NCBI GenBank assembly: GCA_965645245.1
Contig: OZ287081.1
Location: 1,116,001-1,180,000 of the forward strand
Reading direction: 5' to 3'
DNA from: Massalongia carnosa
Taxonomy: Eukaryota
DNA: 64,000 nucleotides
The notes below the pieces were generated by a model that saw nothing but the letters and a program-made list of their open reading frames with translations, ran no database searches and was not told the origin of the DNA. The translations under genes were made by a program, and so were the position numbers. Within the stretch, counting starts at the first letter, position 1. Each line of letters starts with the position of its first letter. Positions 32,508 through 44,469 of this stretch are shown piece after piece.

Positions 32508-35442
32508 TTAGTAAACATAATATGCCTGGGTTAGAGGCAGCCGATCTGCCGGTTCTGCTTCCAATACTACACCATCAGCTTTAACAACCTATTAAAGAAG
32601 AATCACATAATTAGCAGCCTAATATCTCATATGCGAGGCCTTCCATATTTCCTGTACAGCTTGATTCGAGGAGAGGGGTTTAGCACTAACATATGTTTCT
32701 GGATCTACATTTATCTTTGGCATTGCGTCGTTGAACTTCATGTCCTGTTTCCTTATATTACGACAATTTTTGACAGGTTCCACACGTTTCCGGAGATTAT
32801 ACGTCTCGATAGTGCCAGAAACCACTGATGCTTGCGACACAAATGTGAGCGACGCGCTTGGTACGAAGGTCTAGCACCTATTAGTTTAAATGATGAGCTC
32901 ATGAAAAGCAAATCGCTAAGCCTTACGCCAAACATTGGGCGCATGAACACAGGCTGCACGCTGGGAATAGAAGCGTTGGGGTCACCCTGGAGAGACTATC
33001 AATATGGCATGTTTAGCGGCATATAGGAGCCTCACCATTTGGCTATAAGATATCATTCCGCTTTTGAGTATCATATCTGGCTTTGTCCCAAACCTTGCAG
33101 GCTTCCACAACACCAAATCGGCTAATTTTCCAACCTCGACACTTCCGATAACATGGCTCATACCTTGAGCGATTGCAGGATTGATGGTATACTTGCTTAT
33201 ATATCTTTTGGCACGAAAGTTGTCTGCCCCTGAGCCTACATCCTCTGAAAGGTTGCCTCGTTGCACTTTGTTTTTGTGTGCGGTATTCCATGTCCGCAGA
33301 ATCACTTCCCCGCAACGGCCCATAGCCTGCGAATCGGAAGACATCATGCTGATGGCGCCGAGATCATGAAGTACGTCTTCCGCCGCAATTGTCTCAGCAC
33401 GTATGCGAGACTCAGCAAAAGCGACATCTTCAGGAATGTCCTTGGATAAGTGATGGCAAACCATAAGCATGTCGAGATGCTCGTCTAGAGTATTCAGAGT
33501 GTAAGGCCGCGTGGGGCTGGTACTGCTTGGAAGGACATTCTCATGTGCCACGACAGATATTATATCAGGTGCATGGCCACCGCCAGCTCCTTCAGTATGG
33601 TAGGTGTGGATTGTACGGTCTTTAAAAGCTGCAATTGTTTGTTCAACAAATCCTGACTCATTGAGAGTATCAGTATGTATCAAACATTGAATATCGTACT
33701 CATCGCAAACGCTGAGACAAGTATCAATTGCAGCTGGAGTAGTTCCCCAATCTTCATGTAGTTTCAACCCAGCGGCACCAGCTAAACACTGCTCCCGGAG
33801 AGCTGTTGGATCACTATCATTGCCTTTGCCTGTGATGCCGAAATTAATAGGTAACTCATCGCAGGCTTGAAGCATCTGCCGCAAATGCTCCTTGCCAGGC
33901 GTGCATGTGGTAGCGTTAGTTCCGGTACTGGGACCTGTACCTCCTCCAAGCATGGTGGTAACCCCCGAAGCCACCGCTTCATAAATCTGTTGAGGGCAAA
34001 TAAAATGAACATGCGAATCTATAGCTCCGGCAGTGATTATGCTTCCTTCGCCGGCAATGACATCTGTGCACGAACCTACTACCATCGCGGGTGCCACTCC
34101 ATCCATAACATCAGGATTACCTGCCTTGCCTATTCCAACAATGATCCCATTCTTAATACCAATGTCTGCCTTGAAAATTCCAGTCCAGTCCACGATAAGC
34201 GCATTGGTAATCACGGTATCCAGAGACTCGACGGCCGGACGGCCACTGGCTTGACCCATACCTTCACGTAATGTCTTCCCACCACCAAATTTGCACTCGT
34301 CCCCATATCTGGTCAAATCCTTCTCAACTCTGATCCACAGATCTGTTGACCCCAAACGTACGCGATCACCAAAAGTGGGTCCAAACATGCTGTTGTATGA
34401 ATCATGATCCATAGAGAATGAGTTGAGAGTCGGACAGTCATCATCTGTGTCCGGCATATGAGCAAAACCCGACATTTGCAATTTTGTCAGTATTTCTTGC
34501 CCGCGAGTGATATCGACAGGCCCAGAGGCTATGCTATTTCCGCCTTGTATAATTCTATGTCCACCAATTTCAACAATGTTAATAGATTTCGTCTCACCAG
34601 GCTCAAAACGGATTGACGTTCCTGCTGCTATATCTAAAAAATATCCATAAGCCTTCAGACGGTCAAATTCTAATTGAGGATTTGCTTCAATTAAATGATA
34701 ATGAGACCCGATCTATGTCAGTTCTTAGCCTCAAGGAAATATGGGTTTCCACTCATGAATGAATCGAACCTGTATGGGCCTATCACCTCTGCTTGTCACT
34801 TTCAATCTTTTTCTTCTCCTTCCGTTGCGAAGTACAATCCTTCCTTCCTTAGATGGCAATACCGCGCCCGGCATATTTTCTGCATCATATTCTGCACGAT
34901 CCGCGAGTGGAAAATCATCCTTTGATGGTATGGGAAGGAAGCTACCATATAACGCCTTTTGGAGATCACCGTCATCAGTGCTTACCGGATGATGAACTGT
35001 TACAAGGTATGTCCCGGTCAAGAAAGTACCTTCTACCATTAGCTCTGTAAGAGAGGAAACCACCGAAGGAATAACATGTCGTCTGCCGAGCATAGTTTTG
35101 CCAATTGACATGAGCTCAGCAACAGAGTGTTTTCCATCGCGGATAAGCTGATCATGGGTATAAGAATTTAAACCCCATTTTGGGAGTTCTCACGCACTTC
35201 TTGTAGGTTGTTTGTGATCAGCGCCTGTAATTTGTTAGAAAAGTATAAGCGTCCCAAGAGCATGCCAAACAAGCATACGGTGGCCTCTGCATGATTAAGT
35301 TTGACACCCCGAGCAAGGCGGCGTTGGGCGAGGAGACCAAGTTGAGATGTCAACAGCTTATCGAGCTGTGACCCTCTGTTAATAAGGCAAGCCGACTGCG
35401 ACAAGTTTCAGGCAAACCTGCTTCTTTGGGAACAAGATGCAT
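32508..35442 (-). CDS. URE1: Urease (single-chain fungal type), multi-exon
   Basis: MHLVPKE/LDKL N-terminus, gamma/beta segments ([19 protein letters not shown]), alpha motifs [47 protein letters not shown]. Confidence 0.97.
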
Positions 35443-36341
35443 TTTGGAATCCCAAAATTTCGGCAATCTTCACCTAATCATGCGAGCCTGCAACGCGTAA
35501 GACTGAAGTTGAATCAAGACGCATCTACTATAGAATGCAGATGGAGAACTACCCAAAAGGTAAAAGCCTTAGCTTAATCACTACAGGAATAGTGTAGTTT
35601 AAATACCTAGCCCAGATGAGTTTTTTATTAGTTTACCGTAATTTACTCCCATCGCCCCCTCATTCCGATTTATTACCCGCTCAACCCCCCAATACTTCCA
35701 TAACCGCTTTAGTTTTGATGGTGGACGGTGGACTCTGTCTTTGAGTCATCACTTTCATCACCCTCTATCACAAAGCTCTCCGCCTTCATGCTTCTTTAAC
35801 TTTTTCTCTCTGTATAGTAGTACGTATTGTAATAAAAAGAAAGATACAAGACAAGATGATAAGGAAACAAATGAAATGGAAAGGAAACAAGATCATAAAA
35901 GAAAGGGGCAAAGTTGACTAGCTAGAGAGAGAGATATAACGATGAATCTCAAAAGCTGTGAATAAATGATAAAAGAACAGGATTTCAAGATTAGAAATAA
36001 GAGAAAAAAATCATGCCACCCCCTTCTTTCCGATACTGCTTGTACTAATGCCTAAAAACATCACTCTAATCAAAAAGTCAGTCGAGTATAGATGGACCTT
36101 TGACCACTCATTGGTTTTTTGGCACTCAATGAGGGAACCCATTCTTTTACTAAAGCGTGAGTACTTGAGAAATGATTTGCCTTTGCAACGCGCTAACAAA
36201 GAATAACAAGAAAATTAGCAGAGACAGTGTACTACCTCCTTAGGGAAACACAATCCACTGATATTAAATGACTTATCAGTCCGCAAAATAGGAAACCAAT
36301 CATCCCCAGCCAAACATGATATCATGGCAGTCTTTGAAAGC

Positions 36342-37755
36342 TCAGTCAGCAATCGCTCCGCTCCTGCGCATTTTCTTCGACTTCCTCTGCTTTGCCAGCG
36401 TGTCCTGACTCATTACTTTGGGTGAGTTCGGGATGGGTATAACAATTTCTTTCTTTGATTCCAATGACTCGCCCGTGTCTTTAGTATCTCTCTTCTTTAC
36501 CGATTTCTTCCTCTTATCCTTCTCGGAAGACTTAGGAGTTTGATCCGCCTCCGGACTCGCAACCGCCATCTGCTTAATTAGCGAGGATTTTTTATCTTTC
36601 GCATCCTTGAACCCTATACGACGCTTGCTAGTTCGTGGAGATTTTGGTGGAGAGGGAACTTTGGGAGGTTCGGGAGATTCGTCGTCAGAAGAAAACGCAT
36701 CTGCTTCAGAGGTTTCCGTGTCAATATGTCCCTCCACATGTCCATGGTCATCTTGTAGCGACTCGTAAGTAATTCCAACCTTCTTCTGTTCTTCGTATAG
36801 TTTCTTCGCCTCGACGTCAGAGATCTCAGGTATAGGAAGCCCTGCCTTGTACGCCTTGACCTTTTCCTTGTAGCGAGCAAAGTTGACGCCATATTTATAG
36901 CTCCAAAACTGTTGATTTTAGTTTCATATTCGCAGCGGCTTGAGTGAGTGAAAGGCCAAGGCTTACTTCTCGGTCTTCTGGTGGCATTTCGTTCCACCTC
37001 TTTGTACCTTCATCGGCGACCTCTTTGGCGGAGTGACCCGGCTCCATCTCAGCAGCAATCAAGGAGCGCGCAGTCTGCATATACAAAAAGTACGGTGTCA
37101 CAGGGCGCTTGGGTGCGTTTTTGTCATGTGGTGCACGTTTACGCTTCTTTCCTTCACCTGTATCAACGTTTGCGCCTGGGGTGGCCATGCGGCCGCCGAA
37201 AAAGACATTGTCGCCGCTCAAAGGATTTGTGAGGCTCAAAAGCTCAAGTGATGAGCCAGGTGCTTTGCCGATAACCGTATTTGTGTGCGCTATGTAGGCT
37301 CTTGACAGGTCTTGGACGGCCGATTGAAGGGTAGCGAGGCCTGTTACAACCTAAATCATAATGATCAGCCTACTTTGGTTTAGAGCAACCGTCTGAGCAA
37401 CAAAGTCATTGTCGTGCGCGATCTTGAACGAAGCAACCATTTGTGTGTGAGGGAAGGGTAAAGAGATAGGCAAAGGGTAACCGCATCTATGAAGATGCGC
37501 GCGGGTTAAATACACTGGATAAATTAATGCGATCGCCAGCATAGCTTAAGAGTGGTTGTCAGTTGGCTCCCAAACATGCCGAAAGGGCTGCGCAACCCTA
37601 TGATACGCGACCACGATATGTTGACATATGATGCCAGTAACAGCATGGTTAAAATAGAAACTTACCGAATCTCTGGTTCGAATGAAGTCTTCGATACTAA
37701 TTTGAAGACTCGCAGAGTCGGTAGATTTCTCTTCGCTTTTCTTAGATCTCGCCAT
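36342..37755 (-). CDS. HMG-box non-histone chromatin protein (Hmo1-like), multi-exon
   Basis: HMG box KNAPKRPVTPYFLYM...ADEGTKRWNEM; MARSKK start; acidic then Lys-rich tail. Confidence 0.8.
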
Positions 37756-38121
37756 GTTTGTTTTTCGATTCTCAGTGTCTGGACGCGACAACGGGGAGGT
37801 GAGTTGGAGGCAGGTAGGTAACGATTAGGGGAGGGTTTGGGGCTTCTCGTTAAAAATAGTCAGCTGGACAGCGGTGCATAGAGAATTTGGGGGGGAACCT
37901 TGTACGCTGCACAACCCTGCTTTGAGAGAATAATGTTCCCTAACGTTCACCTACCACGTGTCTACTCTGTACTTACAGTATTGGTCACAATACTCGGTAT
38001 GTACATAACACTATTACAACTCATTATTTCACTATCAATATGAAGAGAGCCCTTACTTTTCGAACTTGATCAGTTCCTACAATCGCCGTTCAATCTTTTC
38101 AACAAAGAAAAAGAAAAACTC

Positions 38122-39420
38122 ATGAATGACTATATACCTAGCATTATGCCAACAACGAACAATGCCCCGGTGATTGTTAGTTTGAAACAGCTGGAGGATT
38201 GTTTGTTTTTTATCCAGTATTGCCAGTCTCTCCATGACTAACAGAGTGGCCAGCTTCTATTTCTTTCAGAACACTTGAAGAAGCTTTTGGCCCATCCTCT
38301 CTCGGCATCCTGATCGTGAAAGACCTTCCCCCTAAATTTCTAATTCTTCGCCACCAGCTTCTCTCGTTCGCTTCTTACCTTGCTAATCTTTCTTCAGACG
38401 AGCTTGGTACGTTGCTGCTCTTTCGCCTTCCCTTGCTGTTTATAGGACTGTCTTTTTTGGAAATTTCATTTCACTTACGTCTTATGAGAGCGCCTCTCTT
38501 CCCCTTCGTCCAAGTACCTCACGGGCTGGTCACACGGTAAAGAAACGCTCAAAACTGGTCTATATGACACTCTCAAAGGGTCCTATTACGTCAACTGCAC
38601 ATGGCAAAAAGATCCCGCTATTCGGAGTGATTCTGCTTCGTTATTTCCTAATCTTTCCGAATACACGGAGCCAAACATCTGGCCCCCAGAGAGCGTCTTA
38701 CCAGGCTTTCGGCAAAGCTTTGAAGAACTCTGTTCGCTTGTTATTGACACTGCGGTCTTGGTTGCTCGGGCTTGCGACCGTTATGCTGCTGCGAATATAG
38801 ATGACTACGAGAGCGGTTATCTCGAACGCATTGTGAAAACTAGCACGACCACAAAGGCTCGCTTGTTGCATTACTTCCCCCTAGCGGTCCTTGGTCAGTC
38901 AAATTTGGAGGGGGACCTGCCTCGGTCAATTGGAGCCTCTGGGGGATCTAACCTGAGCGATGGTGGTAATGTAAATCTTGATTCATGGTGTGCGACTCAT
39001 ATTGATCACGGCTGCCTCACTGGTCTTACATCTGCTCTATACATTGATGAATCCGCATTTCCATCTCGAGCTCGAAATGGGACTGAAACTGCCAGCTTCT
39101 TACCACCTCTCCCCTTTCTCTCGTCTCCGCCGTCTTCATCCAGTGGCCTCTATATTCATTCTCGCACTTCTGATATAACAAAAATTAATATCCCTTCCGA
39201 TTGTCTCGCGTTTCAAACTGGCGAAGCGCTGCAGTTAATTACACGAGGTAGATTACGCGCGGTCCCACATTTTGTGTCTGCAGGCAATAGTTCCAATGGT
39301 AGAATAGCGAGGAATACATTGGCGGTATTCACTCAACCCAATCTACAAGAAGTTGTAAACAAGGACACGGGTATGACTTTTGGGGGGTTGTGTGAAGAAG
39401 TGGCAGGAAGATTTGTATGA
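38122..39420 (+). CDS. 2-oxoglutarate/Fe(II)-dependent dioxygenase family protein, multi-exon
   Basis: ARLLHYFP, HIDHG (HxD), distal H in AVPHFV, RNTLAVF; start at 38122 or 38146. Confidence 0.85.
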
Positions 39421-39889
39421 AACCTATTCTTCTGCTTCATTCTATTGTATAATCACATTCAAATAGTCTTAAGAACAAGGTTTTCATTGTTGATAAGCAT
39501 TCCCAGTCTCTGATCAACAGAGCTACTGCGATGATAAAGTAGGCTGAATCTCGATACATTTCAACGTCCCGTCCTATGGTCATAATCTTCATTACTCATT
39601 CAAAAGGAGCCGCTGGGCCTTTGGTGAACAAATAAAACTGCAAATGCAGCCATGTTGGCAACGAGTTCGTAGTCCAGCCTTCTAACCTGAATGAGGTCTC
39701 GAAGGCAATTATCGATTAGTTGTTTTGCGAACCTGAATTTGCTTCGGGCTTAACAATTTCGAGATGTTAGAAAGAAAATTCTCTCAATAGCAATCCACAG
39801 TTGGAATGCAGAAGGTTTTACCCCTAGAATATATTCCAGCTATGCAAAAGGCGAAAGGATGAGTAATGATGACCAATGTCCCTTCGAAA

Positions 39890-40711
39890 CTATGGCGTTC
39901 GTGGTGGAAATGACTGGATTTCAGTGTGAAGGTCTTCATAGTTTGGCCACCTATAATGCCCCCAACGATCGATCGTCTGGCTCGGGTTTGCGTCTGTAGA
40001 ACTGAGTATATCTGGTATTACACCCCTCTCAGCAGCTTCCTTCAGCCACTGCTCCCAAGCGGGATCAAGAACAGCCTCCTCGCCTCGTGCTCTTGCCTCT
40101 GTGGCCAATATAAGCCTATGATTGAGTTCCACCCCGAAACTTTGTTGGAGCTCATCTTCGCTCTCGTCCTCGGCTATGTTCATATCTGCAACATCCAGGG
40201 TGTCCATTTCCTCGTCATCCAACTCGTTATCCATCTTTATTTTTTCCTCACCGATCTGCCTAACCTCCCCATCGGGCTCCTCGCCTGTACACAGCCCATT
40301 TCTTATAACAGTAGCCTTTATATACACAGCGTGCTCAACTTCATCCCATGTTGTGTCCCTGATCATAATTCCAGCATCTTTCTCATATTTCTCTCTCGCT
40401 GAGCGAGTCCCTTCCCAACGACATAATGTTTGGATTTCATGATCAGATAACCTTAGCTCATCAAGAATACAAAAGAGTTTGCAATGCCATGGATACCGCC
40501 CAAGACGCACTCGATGGGCGGGGTTTGCGTAGTCCAAACCAGGATACTGTGCTTCGAGACAATTGACAGGTCCGTAAAAGCAGGCGGTCTCAGCATGAAC
40601 TTCCGGTAGAAGATTACGTGTGGTATGAGCTTGAAAACTTGTTGGATCGCTGGATCTCGGAACTGGGAAGAGGCGGGAATATACGAGTGGTGGGATGGCT
40701 GGTTTATGCAT
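39890..40711 (-). CDS. Hypothetical protein with acidic C-terminal half
   Basis: 273-aa ATG-initiated ORF with natural composition, divergent from FRG1; 3' end may include an extra exon. Confidence 0.7.
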   Translation of the reverse strand: MHKPAIPPLVYSRLFPVPRSSDPTSFQAHTTRNLLPEVHAETACFYGPVNCLEAQYPGLDYANPAHRVRLGRYPWHCKLFCILDELRLSDHEIQTLCRWEGTRSAREKYEKDAGIMIRDTTWDEVEHAVYIKATVIRNGLCTGEEPDGEVRQIGEEKIKMDNELDDEEMDTLDVADMNIAEDESEDELQQSFGVELNHRLILATEARARGEEAVLDPAWEQWLKEAAERGVIPDILSSTDANPSQTIDRWGHYRWPNYEDLHTEIQSFPPRTP

Positions 40712-41100
40712 AATAAAGTGGGCGAAGGCTGCAAATGATATATCTAAGATCCCGTTATGCTGAATTTCGCAACCGTACTAAGTAAGGAATTGCGTCATGA
40801 ACAAGGTGTCAACACAGAAGAATCGTGTTAGTATGGTATGGATGCCGTAGGGGACAATCCCTGCGTACCTGCATCTTCAGACGATACTGTGAGAATATGA
40901 GCAAATTCACAAGCTAAGTAATCCATTCCACTATGTCAGAGTAACGCCTCACCACAGCTACACGTGCCTATCTATCAGTATTATTCCATACAAACGTTAC
41001 GCACTTTTTGATACGAGTCGCACTATCTATAAACCGAGCTTTGCCATTTTCGGGGAGACTTATCTATTTATCACGGAATTCCCCCTTCCTCGTCGTTCCC

Positions 41101-41977
41101 ATGGTCAAGCCACTGCAGTTCAAGGGTGAGAAGAAGAGGAAGCGCAGGGTGCCGAATGCAGATCAAGCGGTTTCTTCTGATAGAACTTCTACTACTCCTG
41201 TCGTCACACCATCAGATGAACTGGTTGAAGAAGATGATTGCTGGGTCACAGCTGAAGCTTCAACTGACATTAGCGGACCTATTATCCTCGCTCTGCCTTC
41301 TATGCAACCGACTTGCATAGCTTGCGATGCTAGTGGCAAAGTATTTGCAAGTAAACTTGAGAATATCATCGAGGGAAATCTGGCTACTGCCGAGCCTCAT
41401 GATGTGAGGCAAGTGTGGATTGCAAGCAAAGTCGCTGGTACAGAGAGCATTAGTTTCAAAAGTCATCATGGGCGGTATGGACCCTCATTTATTCATAAAA
41501 TATACCAGGATCACTTTGTTCTAATGATTACTGATCTTATCTACATGGCGTAGTTATCTGAGCTGCGATAACCTTGGTTTACTCTCAGCATCCCACGAGG
41601 CTATATCTTCCGAAGAATCTTTCCTTTGTATCGCAGCTCCAGGCTCTCAGGGAATTTTTAGCGTCCAAACTGAGCGCCAAACGTTCCTTGCCATCTCTGA
41701 AAATGCAGGGGGGCTTGAGATTCGGGGTGGTGCTGAGGCAATCTCATTCAGTACGACTTTGAGTATACGTATGCAAGCGCGCTTTAAACCAAAACTCAAG
41801 GCCAACAAAGAATCAAAGGCGCGAGAAAAGATAAGTAGGAAGGAATTAGAGGAAGTGGGGGGAAGGAAGCTGGATGATGAGGAGGTGAGGAGGTTGAAGA
41901 GAGCGCGGGTACAAGGGGACTACCATGAAGCGATACTAAATTTAAGGGTGAAGGGGAAGCACGACAAGTACTCTTGA
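41101..41977 (+). CDS. FRG1: FRG1-like protein (one intron at about 41475-41553)
   Basis: MVKPLQFKGEKKRK start, AEPHDVRQVW, FKSHHG, RMQARFKP, C-terminal LRVKGKHDKY. Confidence 0.85.
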
Positions 41978-42552
41978 TGTGAGCAGGACTCAACCTTTGT
42001 AACTGAGAAAAAAGCCGCACATTATCCTCGAAAATAAAAATGAAAACAATTTTTGAGGTGTAGCCGAACCGACCTCATCAGACGCTGGAGTAGAGCATTG
42101 ACTCTTGCCTTGTTATTCTTCTGAATGAAGATCCATAGAAAATAAATACTCGACTTCGGATCTCCGCGATATTTCAAGTTTATAGTCTCAAGAATATCTT
42201 CTAACTTACAACCATAAACAGGACCTGCAAGCTGAAATTCAAAACAAAATCTTTTCGATAGGTGGATCAGGCATCGAGGAGTTTCTTGGAGCATAAATTT
42301 CTGGGCGAGCAAGAAGTACCTTGACAGATTCTGAGTAGTCGAACAAATGAACATATCTTTCTGATCCCACTATACGCCAATTTCTTTGAAAACTCTTGCC
42401 AGATCATCAACCTTACTCCTTAACCCGTTGCACACCACCAATGACCAATTCCCTCCATATGTTTCGTTCAATCCTGAAATATACACATGAACAAGTTGAT
42501 ACATACCCACGTCCATATTCGAACCAAGGAAACGAGATTTAACTCCCAGTAC

Positions 42553-44125
42553 TTACACCCCCGGGTAAGTTTGACGGCGCTGGTCCTGTCCCATGGCGCT
42601 TTTTCTCCTTTTTTGCCCATCGTACTAACAATATCTTTAGACCCGCAACGTAAGAAGAAGCTCAAATACTTACATCCACAAGCATTGCACAAGGTCTTCG
42701 GTCCATTTGGACCTTTTCTCCATTCCGGCGAGTCCAAGGTGCCACAATCAGTACAAACATACTCGTCTGCAACCTTCATTTTCTTCTTTTTATCTCCAGC
42801 GCGGTTGTCCTTGTCAATAGGGATAGCAATGCCAGCGTCTCCTCTAATTAAGGCAGGGCTAGCGTCCCCGGTACTAATGCCTTGCGAGCGTTCGCCATCA
42901 CGATAGCGAAGACCTGTCAACATCTCAATAGTCTCAATGTGAGTAGCACCTTCATAGCGTGCCATTTTATCATTAATGCTATCGGGTTTGGAGCTGGCAT
43001 TTGCTTCTTGCAGGTTCTGTTGGGTAAGTGCTGTATTGGACACGCTGGGCTTTGCCGGCGGGGGCATTCCATTGTAGTCGTTGGATTGAGTAGACGTCAT
43101 AGATGCCGAACCAGCGGTTTCGCTCTCTGTTCTCTGCGTATCCGATGGCGTTACACTCCCATGGCCTTCTTGTTTCTTTTGCCAATGTCGCTGTTGAGCC
43201 TCAACCTCCTCTTGCTCCTCTTTTCGTAGGTCTGAGATTCGTTTGGTCAACCTCTCATTTTCAATTTTATGCTCGAGAAAGGAGTCGAGTAGATTCGCAT
43301 TCTTTGTGGGATATGGTCGGGCCATCATAAAAAACCCCCGACAGAAGCCTGCTGCATTATTAGGTCCAAAAGTTGCTGCATCTGATGTAAGGTGTGGATG
43401 GCCGTGCGACTCAAATATTGTGTAGGTATTGTCCGCCTTGCGAAACCGATAGAAAAAGCGGAGTGGATTCCCCGAAGCAATGGACTCATTGAACTCGCGA
43501 ACAAAGACTCCACTATCATCAGGGTGAATAAAATCCACAATAAACTTGCTGACAAGTTCATCTTGATCATAGCCGGTAAGGTGCTTGCCCGAGGGTGAGA
43601 CATAGAGTATTCTCCCATCTGGTGTCAGAATATGCAGAAAGTCCTTCAGCTCTTCCAAAACCCGTTGCGACCAGTTGCGTCGTTTTGTAAAATCGGTCAA
43701 CGTGCTTCCACCATTAACACTGGTTTGAGTCCCGAAACCAGTTGGCAATGGACCAGCCCCCGCTCCAGTCATCGTATGGCCTGTCATTGTATCCGCCGGC
43801 AGAAACTTTACCGTATCGGTAGGATCATCACCCGGCTCGTTGGGCGGCCGGTGTTGTGATTCTATCTGTGGCTCATTGGTGCCGTAGGCTTGCGCATCGG
43901 GGGCATTCAGACTTAAGTTTAGATTGATTGGTTGTAACATATCGACATCTAGACCCTCCATCATATCTCCTCCACCTTGCTCAAGCATTTCCGTCATTGA
44001 CGTATCGCCGTCACCGCCGCCGATCTAGAGTTATCAGTTTTCGTTACGCTGCTGCGCAAAATTGAACGTACATCGGCTCGAATACCCGAGGGCAGGGAAC
44101 GTTGGCCATTTTCAAACAGGGACAT
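42553..44125 (-). CDS. wc-2: White collar-2 / LreB GATA transcription factor (PAS + GATA zinc finger), 3 exons
   Basis: PAS domain ([18 protein letters not shown]...FIHPDD), coiled coil, [32 protein letters not shown]. Confidence 0.92.
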
Positions 44126-44469
44126 TTTGAGCAACATGTAGAGAGACTCTTGATAAATATGATCATGACTTTAGCCCGAGCTCTTAGCCCGACCCGGACC
44201 ATCATGTGACCACGCGTAGTTACCATGCACGTAGAACTATTCACAGCTACCTATCCACCAACACCACATTACCTTGCCTACCTATGAACAGCCGTAGGTA
44301 CTTTACCACCTTTGTTTATGTTTTTGTCCTCTCTGCTATGTATGGACGCTCTATCGCGAGAACTTTTTAATATCTGCTCAAACTATTAGACCCAAGCTAT
44401 TAGGCCTTCCACGTTGCATTCTAGAGTGCGGCAGTTCATTCCGGGTTGGTACCTTCAACATAAGGCAAA
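44126..44469. promoter_or_regulatory. Short divergent intergenic region shared by wc-2 and RAD50
   Basis: Head-to-head predicted start codons about 345 bp apart. Confidence 0.55.

Noticed and set aside
41008..41100. N-terminal extension of FRG1 from a TTG start
   Set aside because: The FRG1-like sequence begins at ATG 41101 (MVKPL)
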